The notes below the pieces were generated by a model that did not search any database, was not told the DNA's origin, and worked only from the letters and a program-made list of their open reading frames with translations. DNA of 64,000 nucleotides from Eubacteriales bacterium (GTDB lineage Bacteria > Bacillota > Clostridia > Oscillospirales > CAG-272), in NCBI GenBank assembly GCA_045636465.1, contig JAZTXP010000044.1, forward strand, positions 628 to 64,627. The letters run 5' to 3'. This document shows, one piece after another, positions 15,168 to 23,717 of the stretch; positions within the stretch are counted from its first letter, which is position 1; each line of letters starts with the position of its first letter. The position numbers and the translations under genes were made by a program.

Positions 15168-15575
15168 TTAAACAACTCTCATTATGCCTCCACCCATACT
15201 TCTAACACCTATTGTGCCGAACTCTGAGCAGTAGTCATCGTCTTTATTCCAAACGTAAGAAAAAGCGTAATGTATTCCACCTTCTGTATAGCAAAGTTTT
15301 TTCCATTCGCTCTTGTAATTAGTAACTATAAGGAAAGAGTAAAGCTCACCAAACTCTGTAAATTCGTGAGTAATGGCGTAAACGGTGCAGTTGTGTTCTT
15401 TTTCAATTTCCTTCATTTTGTTGTAAAGCTCGGGTTCCTGATCAACCCAAAAGCCGCCGAACATTTCAAAGAAGCATACTTGGTCTTTCTTCTCAAAGCC
15501 GATTATGTAGGGCTTATAAATATCCATCTGCTTCAAAATCTCAATACCTTTTACTTTTCTTTCTTCGTGTGTCAT
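15168..15575 (-). CDS. Hypothetical protein (135 aa)
   Basis: AAGGAG lies 8 nt upstream of the internal ATG at 15575, which I prefer over 15605. Confidence 0.5.
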   Translation of the reverse strand: MTHEERKVKGIEILKQMDIYKPYIIGFEKKDQVCFFEMFGGFWVDQEPELYNKMKEIEKEHNCTVYAITHEFTEFGELYSFLIVTNYKSEWKKLCYTEGGIHYAFSYVWNKDDDYCSEFGTIGVRSMGGGIMRVV

Positions 15576-15591
15576 TTTTAATACTCCTTTT

Positions 15592-16155
15592 TTAATAAAT
15601 TTCAATTAAACCTTCTGAATACTCGGTAATATCACCATCGTATTGGAACGATTCGCCGTATGCCTTGAAGTCGAAATAGTCAAGTATCCAATTTTCAACC
15701 TCATAACCCATATTTTCAAATGTTTCACGACCGTAATCTTCCCAATCGTAGTTTTTATATAGACGGATATCGTCATCCCATCTACTTCCGTATTTATCAA
15801 CACGGTCTTTGAATTCGTTATAGCCTCTGACTTCGATAAAAGCCATCATAACGTCATATTTACCGGGATCGTCTAAAACGTCAGCTTCTTGCAGTAACTC
15901 AAAGAACTCCTGCGGATTAACGTAATCCCAATTAGCAGCTCCCGAGGGGAAGTTATCTACGTCCTGTATGAACAATTCTTCATCCATACCGTCAAGCTCA
16001 AAGCCTTCTGCTTTAAGTTCTTCTTCAATTTCATCCCAATCAGAGTAATCTGCAAGGTCAAGCCATTTAGAACCATAAGCTCTTTCGTTACATTCGTTAT
16101 ATGAGCCCCAAGAGCCGATAACGATTTTTATTTCATTACTTACTGTTGTAAGCAT
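15592..16155 (-). CDS. ardA: ArdA-type antirestriction protein (DNA mimic)
   Basis: The N-terminal IVIGSWGSYNECNERAYGSKWLDL and C-terminal YFDFKAYGESFQYDGDITEYSEGLIEIY match Tn916 Orf18/ArdA (YIANLGKYNEGELVG... and YIDYQAYGRDLDLSGTFISTNHGIFEI). Very acidic. AAGGAGGTG RBS before the ATG at 16155. Confidence 0.75.
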   Translation of the reverse strand: MLTTVSNEIKIVIGSWGSYNECNERAYGSKWLDLADYSDWDEIEEELKAEGFELDGMDEELFIQDVDNFPSGAANWDYVNPQEFFELLQEADVLDDPGKYDVMMAFIEVRGYNEFKDRVDKYGSRWDDDIRLYKNYDWEDYGRETFENMGYEVENWILDYFDFKAYGESFQYDGDITEYSEGLIEIY

Positions 16156-16246
16156 CAAAATCACCTCCTTCCAATTCCAATTTTTCTTCAATTCTGTCTT
16201 TTGCTTCTTCAAGCAATTCTTCTAAATCAATGATAGGCTTTGTCAT
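16136..16246 (-). CDS. Possible 36-aa acidic peptide (MTKPIIDLEELLEEAKDRIEEKLELEGGDFDAYNSK)
   Basis: TAATG coupling to the upstream gene and an AAGGAG RBS. It overlaps the ardA start by about 20 nt. Below the ORF-track size cut-off. Confidence 0.3.
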   Translation of the reverse strand: MTKPIIDLEELLEEAKDRIEEKLELEGGDFDAYNSK

Positions 16247-16479
16247 TACTTTATCTCCTTAAAGTCGTTTATATTGATTTTTGTGTATTCACAACCATAT
16301 TCGAAGTAATAACCGTTTTCGTCCTGGTAGAGATCGTATGTAATAACGGAAATCTTACCTCTATTTGTAACGGCTACGGATATTTCATTTTTAAGCTCGT
16401 TAAGGTCAACGATATTGAAGGTGATCCAAGCTTCACCGTCGTGAATCTTAAATTCGTGTAAATAGAACTTGTTTTTCAT
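16246..16479 (-). CDS. Small hypothetical protein (77 aa)
   Basis: ORF with an RBS in operon context. No motif recognised. Confidence 0.45.
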   Translation of the reverse strand: MKNKFYLHEFKIHDGEAWITFNIVDLNELKNEISVAVTNRGKISVITYDLYQDENGYYFEYGCEYTKININDFKEIK

Positions 16480-16497
16480 TTTTTATATCTCCTTTTC

Positions 16498-16800
16498 TTA
16501 TTCTTCGATGATTTTATACCAGATTTTATAATCAAGTTGAACTTCACGTTTTTCGTAATTATCTTTACCGGTGTCGATATCGATTTCACGGATTTCGTAA
16601 TATCCACCTTGATATTCGTTAGGTCTGTAGGGGATAGGATGACAATCTTTGACACAATCTTCAAAGACTCTGATATACGGTTTGTTATTTTGACTTATAC
16701 AAGCGATAACTAAATCCGTATCGGTTATATAACCGACTCCTTTCTGTTCGATCATTTCATTTTTTTTGTACCTTTTTACTGAGTAATAAACTTTTTTCAT
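16498..16800 (-). CDS. Small hypothetical protein (100 aa), first gene of the minus-strand operon
   Basis: AGGAGG lies 9 nt upstream of the ATG at 16800. The upstream extension to 16848 lacks an RBS. Confidence 0.5.
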   Translation of the reverse strand: MKKVYYSVKRYKKNEMIEQKGVGYITDTDLVIACISQNNKPYIRVFEDCVKDCHPIPYRPNEYQGGYYEIREIDIDTGKDNYEKREVQLDYKIWYKIIEE

Positions 16801-17198
16801 TTTGGAATACCTCCTGATTTTTTTATTTTGCCTTTCGGCAGGGGCCAAGTAGCACTGTTCGGGTATTCATCTTGTCCCTTTGGATTCTTGTGTGAAAATG
16901 TCAACGAGCTGTATTCTGACTCATTTTAATGCTCGATTAAAGAAAAAATATTACGTTTGTATAAAGAAAAAAGCCAAGTATTGCTACTTGACTTGTAAGG
17001 TGATTTATATAGGTTTTCAGTCATATTTTTTCGCGTTGACTTTTTCGAGAACTGTGCTACGATTAGCCACCACGAAAGGCAAAAAAATCAGGCTTCGTAT
17101 AAAGCCCGATAAAAGAAAAAAGCCCATAGCTCCTTGTAAAGAGGCTACGGGCTATATTGATTATTTTGGGTGAATTGTGATGCCGAAATACTCCGCAT

Positions 17199-17238
17199 TA
17201 AAAAACAAAACGAACTCCGATTTCTCAAAGTTCGTTTT
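17199..17238 (-). terminator. Rho-independent terminator downstream of tRNA-Ser
   Basis: 10-bp perfect stem (aaaacgaact / agttcgtttt) followed by a T-run on the minus strand. Confidence 0.7.
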
Positions 17239-17247
17239 ATTTCCTTT

Positions 17248-17339
17248 TGGCGGAGAGAAAGGGATTCGAACCCTTGAAACCGTATTAGGGTTTACACGAT
17301 TTCCAGTCGTGCGCCTTAGACCAACTCGGCCATCTCTCC
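17248..17339 (-). tRNA. tRNA-Ser (anticodon GGA), encoded CCA end, long variable arm
   Basis: I folded the reverse complement GGAGAGATGGCCGAGTTGGTCTAAGGCGCACGACTGGAAATCGTGTAAACCCTAATACGGTTTCAAGGGTTCGAATCCCTTTCTCTCCGCCA by hand. It gives a 7-bp acceptor stem, the anticodon stem CACGA/TCGTG with loop CTGGAAA, a variable stem AAACC/GGTTT and a T arm AAGGG/CCCTT. Confidence 0.9.
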
Positions 17340-17453
17340 TCGCGACTCCTATATTATAGCAGATGATTTCCAAAAAGTCAATAGGAAATTTTAATAAATA
17401 TTAATTTTTTTCAATTTTTTTAATAAAAAGTGATTTTTACTGCAACTTTTATG

Positions 17454-17482
17454 TTGACATTTTTCTACAAATTTCATATAAT
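17454..17482 (+). promoter_or_regulatory. Consensus sigma-A promoter for aspartate kinase (TTGACA, 17 nt, TATAAT)
   Basis: Read directly: TTGACA at 17454-17459 and TATAAT at 17477-17482, about 30 nt upstream of the ATG. Confidence 0.7.
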
Positions 17483-17512
17483 ATAAGTAATCTTTGTTTT
17501 AGGAGATTTTTT

Positions 17513-18829
17513 ATGAATCTGAAAGTGTTGAAATTTGGAGGTAGCTCTCTTGCTGACGCAGATCATTTCCGCCGAGTGGCGAAGATAATTGAAAGCGATC
17601 CCGACAGACGGTACGTCGTTGTATCCGCTCCGGGCAAGCGCTTTAGTGACGACAACAAGGTTACCGACCTTCTTTACAAATGCTATGATATAGCAACAAA
17701 CGAGGGTGACATCTCCGACGTTTTTGAAGAGATCAAGGGGAGATTTAATTCCATTATCAAGGATCTCGGAGTTGATATTGATTTTACTCAGTATTACGAA
17801 AAGATAAAGACCTCACTTTTGCATAGCACTGGACGTGATTATATTGCTTCTCGCGGTGAATACCTGAATGCAATGCTTCTTGCTAAATATTTAGGCTATA
17901 GCTTCATCGATGCGAAAAAGGTTATTTTCTTTAACGAGGACGGTAGTTTTAACGCAGAGAAGACCGACAGTGTGATGCGCGAGTATCTTTCCGAGCATGA
18001 GCGCGCCGTTATACCCGGATTTTACGGCTCTATGCCTAACGGTACTGTTAAGACCTTTACACGCGGTGGCTCCGATATTACCGGCTCTATAGTAGCAAGA
18101 GCAGTTTCGGCATCCCTTTATGAGAACTGGACTGACGTTCCTGGTGTTTTGATGGCAGATCCTCGTGTGATTGATAATCCTAAGGTTATTGACATAATAA
18201 CTTACAAGGAGCTGAGAGAACTGTCATATATGGGCGCAACTGTACTTCATGAGGATGCGATATTCCCGGTAAGATATTCTAAGATCCCAATCAACATTCG
18301 TAGCACCAATGATCCGGAAGGGAAGGGAACCTTCATCGTTCCGTTCACCGATAAGCCCAATAACAGCATCGTCACCGGTATAGCAGGCAAGACAGGCTTT
18401 TCTACAATTACAATAGAAAAGGATATGATGAAATCCGAGCTTGGCTTTGCAAGAAGAATTATGCAGGTTATCGAAGAAAACGGCATTCCATTCGAGCATT
18501 TTCCATCTGGGATTGATACTATGACTCTGGTTGTATCTACCGAACTTCTAGATAAAAAAAGAGGAGATGTTATCGCAGGAATATGCAGAAAGGTAAATCC
18601 CGACAACATATTCGTGGAGGATAACCTATCGCTTATCGCCGTAGTTGGACGAGGAATGATAAAAGCGAAGGGAACTGCCGCAAGGGTATTCACATCGTTG
18701 GCTAATGCTGATATAAACGTAAGGATGATCGATCAGGGCTCAAGCGAGCTTAATATCATAATCGGCGTAGATTCAAACGATTATGTCGCTGCGTTGAATG
18801 CAATTTACAACGAATTTGTAAAAGAGTAA
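17513..18829 (+). CDS. Aspartate kinase
   Basis: The N-terminal KFGGSSLAD...VVVSAPGKRFSDDNKVTDLL and the C-terminal ACT-like repeats are typical of monofunctional aspartokinases. Confidence 0.85.
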   Translation: MNLKVLKFGGSSLADADHFRRVAKIIESDPDRRYVVVSAPGKRFSDDNKVTDLLYKCYDIATNEGDISDVFEEIKGRFNSIIKDLGVDIDFTQYYEKIKTSLLHSTGRDYIASRGEYLNAMLLAKYLGYSFIDAKKVIFFNEDGSFNAEKTDSVMREYLSEHERAVIPGFYGSMPNGTVKTFTRGGSDITGSIVARAVSASLYENWTDVPGVLMADPRVIDNPKVIDIITYKELRELSYMGATVLHEDAIFPVRYSKIPINIRSTNDPEGKGTFIVPFTDKPNNSIVTGIAGKTGFSTITIEKDMMKSELGFARRIMQVIEENGIPFEHFPSGIDTMTLVVSTELLDKKRGDVIAGICRKVNPDNIFVEDNLSLIAVVGRGMIKAKGTAARVFTSLANADINVRMIDQGSSELNIIIGVDSNDYVAALNAIYNEFVKE

Positions 18830-18839
18830 AAAGAGAAGA

Positions 18840-18875
18840 GGAGAGAAAAGCTTTGTGTTGCTCTCTCCCCTTTTT
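18840..18875 (+). terminator. Weak intrinsic terminator after aspartate kinase
   Basis: 7-bp stem ggagaga/tctctcc followed by cctttttg. Confidence 0.4.
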
Positions 18876-19173
18876 GCAGAAATATCGGTTTTGTGGTTGT
18901 ATAATAGTAACCGTGTTGATGAATGGTCGACGCGGGAAGGGAGCTTCTTGATAGCCGGAGTAAAATTCACTCAAAAATATCAGTAACATAGATATAATAT
19001 AGGGCAGAGTAGATATTCCCTTGTGTTTTTGCATGTAAGGCTAAAACTTTCTCCTGTTTTTAATGATTAGAGAATAATAATATTTTCAGGACAGTAAAGT
19101 CACCCCATTTCTGCATTTTTAACGTTTATTCGACTCAAAAAGGTAACTAACAGGCATATTCGGGGATACTTAC

Positions 19174-19203
19174 AATTATACAAAATGGAAATTTTGTATA
19201 ATT
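19174..19203. promoter_or_regulatory. Perfect 13-bp inverted repeat aattatacaaaat-ggaa-attttgtataatt made of extended -10-like TGTATAAT boxes. A third copy lies at 19243-19257.
   Basis: Verified base by base. It lies in an 840-bp ORF-free AT-rich spacer between convergent genes. Confidence 0.45.
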
Positions 19204-19672
19204 TGGGGTAGTTAAAATGGGGTTTTGCTTTATTTTATGTCCATTTTTGTATAATTTTTATTATTTATGTATTTTTTGCTTTATATTTCTGCGATCCGTT
19301 TATTTTGGTTTGTTTTTTCTAAAATCATAATATCCGTATGTGAAAATCAAATTAAATAATTGCGCGATTATGATATGATCATAACATTTTTAAAATTATT
19401 AAAGATAATCTTATTATTATGATTATAATAATACATACCTTTAATTAAATAACTATTTGAGAGCAAAAACGACATAAATAAAGATAATCTATGTATCAAT
19501 CATAAATTCTTCAAAATATCATAATAATAAAATGCTTTAGTTTTTACGTTATAAACGATGTGATATAAAAGTGATATAACTATTGAAAAAATATCAAACT
19601 GTGAAAAATTACGAAATAAGGAATAGGATGAGAAACAGCAGGGCAGTCCTCTTCCCTTCTAAAAATCGCGTT

Positions 19673-19939
19673 TTATTTACGGTACATTCGTTTGAGCATG
19701 TATTTTTGTCTTGTAGCCTCGCCGCCGCGTATATGTCGTTCCAGTTTATTCTGATCAAGTATCGTTCTTACGTTTTCATATAACGTGGGATTGGTGTATC
19801 TAAGCTTATAAGTCAGATCCTTATGTACGGTGCTTTTGCTGATGCAAAAATATGCAGCCGCGGCACGCACCGTGGCTCCTGTGTCAATAACGTATGCTGC
19901 TATCAGCTCAGCTCTGTCCTTTCCAAATTTATTTAACAT
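19673..19939 (-). CDS. spoIIID: Stage III sporulation protein D (mother-cell transcription regulator)
   Basis: GATVRAAAAYFCISKSTVHKDL...ERHIRGGEATRQKY matches the B. subtilis SpoIIID HTH and its C-terminal basic region. Confidence 0.85.
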   Translation of the reverse strand: MLNKFGKDRAELIAAYVIDTGATVRAAAAYFCISKSTVHKDLTYKLRYTNPTLYENVRTILDQNKLERHIRGGEATRQKYMLKRMYRK

Positions 19940-19999
19940 AAAATTCCCTTTCCAAGTAATTAATGAACTATTAAACTATATGAAAGGTCTTAAACCAAA

Positions 20000-20776
20000 A
20001 TGCAAAAAGAAGACATTAAATTTTTAGATTCTACAGTTTTTGAGGGAATGACCTCTATAAGAGCGATTATCAATGCAGGCAATGAAGGCATCAATGATCG
20101 CAAGATCGAGAAAATACTTTTTGACAAAGAAAGACTTCCTAAAATACATAAGGAGATTGGCTATCTTCGCGCTATTTCCGAGGAGAAAAAATTCGCGCTT
20201 ATCCCAAGCACAAAGGAGGAGCTTGACGGTATAACTCTTGGCTCATCCCACGGCGGTATTGTGGCTATAACCGGCGATAGAACACTTCCCTTCTTGGATG
20301 AAAACATCGACATTGAGCCAGACGGTTTCTATGCTATGATACAAGGAATTGAGGATCCATATAACTTTGGTTACTCATTGAGATCTCTTTACGCTACGGG
20401 CTGCTCGGGCATAATTCTCCCCGAGCGAAATTGGATGAGCGCCGCGGGAGTTGTTGCAAGAAGCTCTGCAGGAGCATCTGAGATGTTCAAAATGTACAGA
20501 GCCGAGCCCTTGGAAGCGGCTAAGATATTCAAATCAAAGGGATACAAGATAGTATGCGCCGATGAAAGAACCGATAATATACTTGGCCAATGTGAGCTTA
20601 AAACTCCCCTGCTCCTCATCGTAGGCGGCGAAAAGCGCGGCATATCAAGAGCGCTGGTAGATAATGCGGATATATTGGTGAAAATCAATTATGCAAGGGA
20701 ATTTAAGGCTTCCCTTTCCGCCGCTTCCGCTACTACGATGTTCGCTTATGAAATAATGCGCCAGAATAGCAACTGA
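20000..20776 (+). CDS. TrmH/SpoU-family RNA 2'-O-methyltransferase
   Basis: GIEDPYNFGYSLRSLYATGCSGIIL and LLIVGGEKRGIS are SpoU-methylase motifs. Confidence 0.75.
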   Translation: MQKEDIKFLDSTVFEGMTSIRAIINAGNEGINDRKIEKILFDKERLPKIHKEIGYLRAISEEKKFALIPSTKEELDGITLGSSHGGIVAITGDRTLPFLDENIDIEPDGFYAMIQGIEDPYNFGYSLRSLYATGCSGIILPERNWMSAAGVVARSSAGASEMFKMYRAEPLEAAKIFKSKGYKIVCADERTDNILGQCELKTPLLLIVGGEKRGISRALVDNADILVKINYAREFKASLSAASATTMFAYEIMRQNSN

Positions 20777-20824
20777 GGTATTATAAAGGCTTTATCAGTT
20801 AGAATGAATAATATGTTATCAATG

Positions 20825-20856
20825 AAAAAGAGGCTATCTCACAGGAGATGGCCTCT
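20825..20856. terminator. Hairpin between convergent genes (agaggctatctc / gagatggcctct, one G-U pair). An A-run precedes it, so it works best as a minus-strand terminator.
   Basis: Read directly. Confidence 0.45.
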
Positions 20857-20890
20857 TTGCAGTTAAAGCGACTCTTTCGCTTTAACTGCT

Positions 20891-21751
20891 TTAATTATTG
20901 TTTTTGCCTGTGCAACCGCATCCGCCGGATCTTGAGGGGATGTTCATATCGGGTCTGTTGTCCGTTCCTCTGAACTGAGAAATGGGGAAAGCCATTGTCC
21001 TGAAGAGGGTGCAGGGGTTATCGTCGTTGCCTCTGGGAGAGCATTCCTTATCAGGAACGCTGTAATCTGTTGCCTGAACCAAAAGCTGGGTAGGTCTTTG
21101 AAGTATGATCACCGAGAAGATGCCGAAGGATACGTATATTCTCGGGCCTGTTGTGTTAACAACAAAGTCGCAGCTGCCGAAAATATTTCTTATAGAATCG
21201 GGAAAATCAATATTTTCGGAGCAAGGGCAAGGACTGCACTCGCTTACGTTTGTGGAGAGAACGATGGGCTCTACGGCCTCTACTATAGCTACAGGATCGT
21301 TTGATCCTCTGTTTGCCGTTGTCATATCGCAGTAGCCGCCTGATGTGTCAGAGGCGAAGCTTAATGCTCTTCCCTCGCCGCCGTAAAGGATTACTTCCTT
21401 TTCAAGAACTGCAAGGCCCTTAAAGCTCTGGCTTCTGCCCATGCCCATACAAGCCTCAAATTCAAGCTCAACGTAATATCTTATAGCGATCTGATAAAAT
21501 CCGTTATTAAAGGGAACCTCTTCGACGCCCACGTAGGCTGAGAGTATCTTTGCGCATCTCGTTCTCACGTTAGTAGAATTTGCAAGGATTTCCTGTCCGC
21601 AGGTAGTAAGGTATACTCTGGTATCCTGGAAGCAGTCTCTGTCGCGGCAACAATCAAGAACTCGGTTCGTGTTAATACAAACCGTGCCTCTGCTGTCACC
21701 ACTTGAAAGCGAAAACGGTGTATTTCTGTTTTCTTGCATTGTTATAACCAT
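20891..21751 (-). CDS. Cysteine-rich hypothetical protein (286 aa), possibly spore-associated
   Basis: Long ORF with clustered Cys residues (RVLDCCRDRDC, CSPCPC, GGCGC). The start is uncertain (21751 or 21739). Function not recognised. Confidence 0.5.
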   Translation of the reverse strand: MVITMQENRNTPFSLSSGDSRGTVCINTNRVLDCCRDRDCFQDTRVYLTTCGQEILANSTNVRTRCAKILSAYVGVEEVPFNNGFYQIAIRYYVELEFEACMGMGRSQSFKGLAVLEKEVILYGGEGRALSFASDTSGGYCDMTTANRGSNDPVAIVEAVEPIVLSTNVSECSPCPCSENIDFPDSIRNIFGSCDFVVNTTGPRIYVSFGIFSVIILQRPTQLLVQATDYSVPDKECSPRGNDDNPCTLFRTMAFPISQFRGTDNRPDMNIPSRSGGCGCTGKNNN

Positions 21752-21920
21752 TCCTTATGCATAATTGAAGTATAGGTCCTCTATACTTACTAGCATTATA
21801 TGTTAAAGCACAAAAAATGACAATGATATGCGCTAAATTCAGGAAACGGATGTTAAAACAAGGCAAAAACAAAAGAGTACAGTATTTTTTCGATAATGTA
21901 CTCTTTTTTCAATATCTTCT

Positions 21921-22394
21921 TTAATGTTTCTTGATGGCGAGATACTCTTTTGCATTAACGCTTAATAATACTACATCTCCTTTGTTGACGTAACCCTTTT
22001 TTTGCGAAGCTTTTCGTATGTGTGCCAAGGCATTTTTCTTGAATGGATCGAAATAATATCTTAATAGCTTTTTCAGCTTTTTGGTATAATATTCTTCCGT
22101 CCATTCTTTATAGCGAATTTCTCGCCTGCAAATTCCTTTTTTGTATTTATTAAATTCGATATCATTTTCGCATGAATCATACCCGTCGAACATGTTGTTG
22201 AGTTTTCTTTCCTCATCATTATGTATTGCTTTTATGCAGAAGTTATACATCAAAAAGGTTATATCATATACGGACGCAAAGCCGGAGCATACGATCACGT
22301 CGTCTAAATCTAAATAGTAATACTTCCCCACTTTTACAAAGCCGTATTCTTCATATACTTTGGTGGTCACTTGTTTTAACTGTTTTTTATCCAT
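21921..22394 (-). CDS. Hypothetical protein, DUF4304-like (immunity-protein-like fold suspected)
   Basis: The N-terminal pattern YEEYGFVKVGKYYYLDLDDVIV resembles DUF4304 proteins. This is a weak assignment. Confidence 0.4.
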   Translation of the reverse strand: MDKKQLKQVTTKVYEEYGFVKVGKYYYLDLDDVIVCSGFASVYDITFLMYNFCIKAIHNDEERKLNNMFDGYDSCENDIEFNKYKKGICRREIRYKEWTEEYYTKKLKKLLRYYFDPFKKNALAHIRKASQKKGYVNKGDVVLLSVNAKEYLAIKKH

Positions 22395-22502
22395 TTGTTT
22401 ATTTCTAAAATCTTATAAGTATATTAATTCCTCGACAGTTTTGATTCCTTCGGGAAATCTGAAATAGTTATTGTCGAGCTTTAGTATTTTTATTTTTACA
22501 CC

Positions 22503-23129
22503 TTAGAGTATTTCCATATCGAGCAAAATCTTTTTTGCTTTTGTTTTTATATTTTGTGCTTTAATCATAATCCAGCCGAAAGAGTTAGAATAGGTTTCTG
22601 CGTCTGTTTCGTATGCGTTTTCTACAAATTCTTCAAGGCTATCGTCGTTTTTAATTTTAACCGTAAATGTGGCAAGACCATCCGTATCCTTTTTCCAAAC
22701 TATAGGGGCAAAGTCATATACCACGACGTCATACTCGCTTTCTCTTTCGGGAGTAACGGCATCGTAGCCGTGAAAACGAGAGTCGAATAGTATATATTCT
22801 TTGCCACATACGGCGCATTTTACCTTAACGATCTCAGTGTAATCAAGCTGCTTGTATTCAAGCTTTTCAAGAATTTTTTCGCCAAACAAGCCCTTTATTC
22901 CGTATAGATAGGAAGCGCCATTTTCATCGCCGAAGCGTATGCGACTATATTTTTTATTAAAGGCATTGTATGCTGACTCGTATGCTGCTTCTTCTGCGGA
23001 ACGCACGATAACGTTTTTATATCCAATAAAATACCTTGCGCCACATTCGCAAACAACGTCACATTCAATCTCTCCGTGCTTGTCCTTTGTTATGGAGAGT
23101 ATATTTTCTATGTATTTTGGTTTCAACAT
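22503..23129 (-). CDS. Hypothetical protein with CxC...CxxC zinc-ribbon-like cysteines
   Basis: ORF with CDVVCEC and CAVCGK pairs. No family recognised. Confidence 0.45.
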   Translation of the reverse strand: MLKPKYIENILSITKDKHGEIECDVVCECGARYFIGYKNVIVRSAEEAAYESAYNAFNKKYSRIRFGDENGASYLYGIKGLFGEKILEKLEYKQLDYTEIVKVKCAVCGKEYILFDSRFHGYDAVTPERESEYDVVVYDFAPIVWKKDTDGLATFTVKIKNDDSLEEFVENAYETDAETYSNSFGWIMIKAQNIKTKAKKILLDMEIL

Positions 23130-23187
23130 ATTTAGTCCTCGAAATAAAATAGGCTACCCCTAGGATAGCCTATAATTATATTTGTTA

Positions 23188-23589
23188 TTAGATATAAGCC
23201 TTGATTCCTTCAGGGCACTCTTCTACTGTGATAGAAGATGTCATAACGAGATTGATATCGTTTGTGATACCCTTAAGTCTGCCGAGCAATGCCTCGAAAG
23301 CAACAGTATCGTTGCCGCAGATCTTAAGAGCGGAATCAACGAAGATATCAGTAATATCAGAGTTAGATGCAAGGATACCTGCGATAAAGCCGTAAAGGTC
23401 TTCAGCATCGTTTACAGCATAAGCATCGGTATTGATGAGTCTTGCATTATATGTAACGTTGTGGCGGAGCTTTTCGCCCTTCTCAATGCAAATAACGTTA
23501 CCGTTAGAAGTTGTTACTGCACTGTTAACCATATCAATGAGTGTCTTGGTTTTGCCGGAGCCTTTGCCGCCAATAAATAATTTTATCAT
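23188..23589 (-). CDS. Small stand-alone P-loop protein (133 aa)
   Basis: Walker A GGKGSGKT at the N-terminus. A Walker-B-like DIFVD follows. Confidence 0.55.
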   Translation of the reverse strand: MIKLFIGGKGSGKTKTLIDMVNSAVTTSNGNVICIEKGEKLRHNVTYNARLINTDAYAVNDAEDLYGFIAGILASNSDITDIFVDSALKICGNDTVAFEALLGRLKGITNDINLVMTSSITVEECPEGIKAYI

Positions 23590-23717
23590 GATTGAAATCC
23601 TCCTATGTTTTGAGATAAAATTCTCTTACATATATATTACACTAAATTTTCAAAAAATGCAATAGTTTTTTTGAAAAAATATTAAGAAAATATATATTTT
23701 ACAGTATATTAACAATA

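Larger units (their letters stand above)
1..17247. mobile_element. Integrated mobile DNA (left end outside the window) next to the 3' end of tRNA-Ser. It contains a plus-strand virus-like module and a minus-strand anti-restriction operon.
   Basis: The gene content is all accessory: RCR Rep, ArdA, PcfJ/PcfK-like proteins and a sigma-like regulator. It lies immediately downstream of the 3' end of a tRNA gene, a classical integration position. Housekeeping genes start right after the tRNA. Confidence 0.6.

Noticed and set aside
16880-17173. 97-aa plus-strand ORF in the spacer next to the tRNA
   Set aside because: It has no RBS and a low-complexity K-rich translation. It overlaps hairpin and terminator-like structures, so the region is better read as non-coding junction DNA.
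17161-17373. ORFs 17161-17373 (minus) and 17177-17359 (plus)
   Set aside because: They are translations across the tRNA-Ser gene and its terminator.
17340-17512. Possible lysine riboswitch or T-box leader upstream of aspartate kinase
   Set aside because: The consensus promoter leaves a leader of only about 30 nt, too short for either element. No conserved L-box or T-box sequence was seen.
18756-19034. 92-aa minus-strand ORF starting in the AT-rich spacer
   Set aside because: It would run 74 nt antisense into the aspartate kinase coding region. The RBS spacing is poor and the translation is low in complexity.
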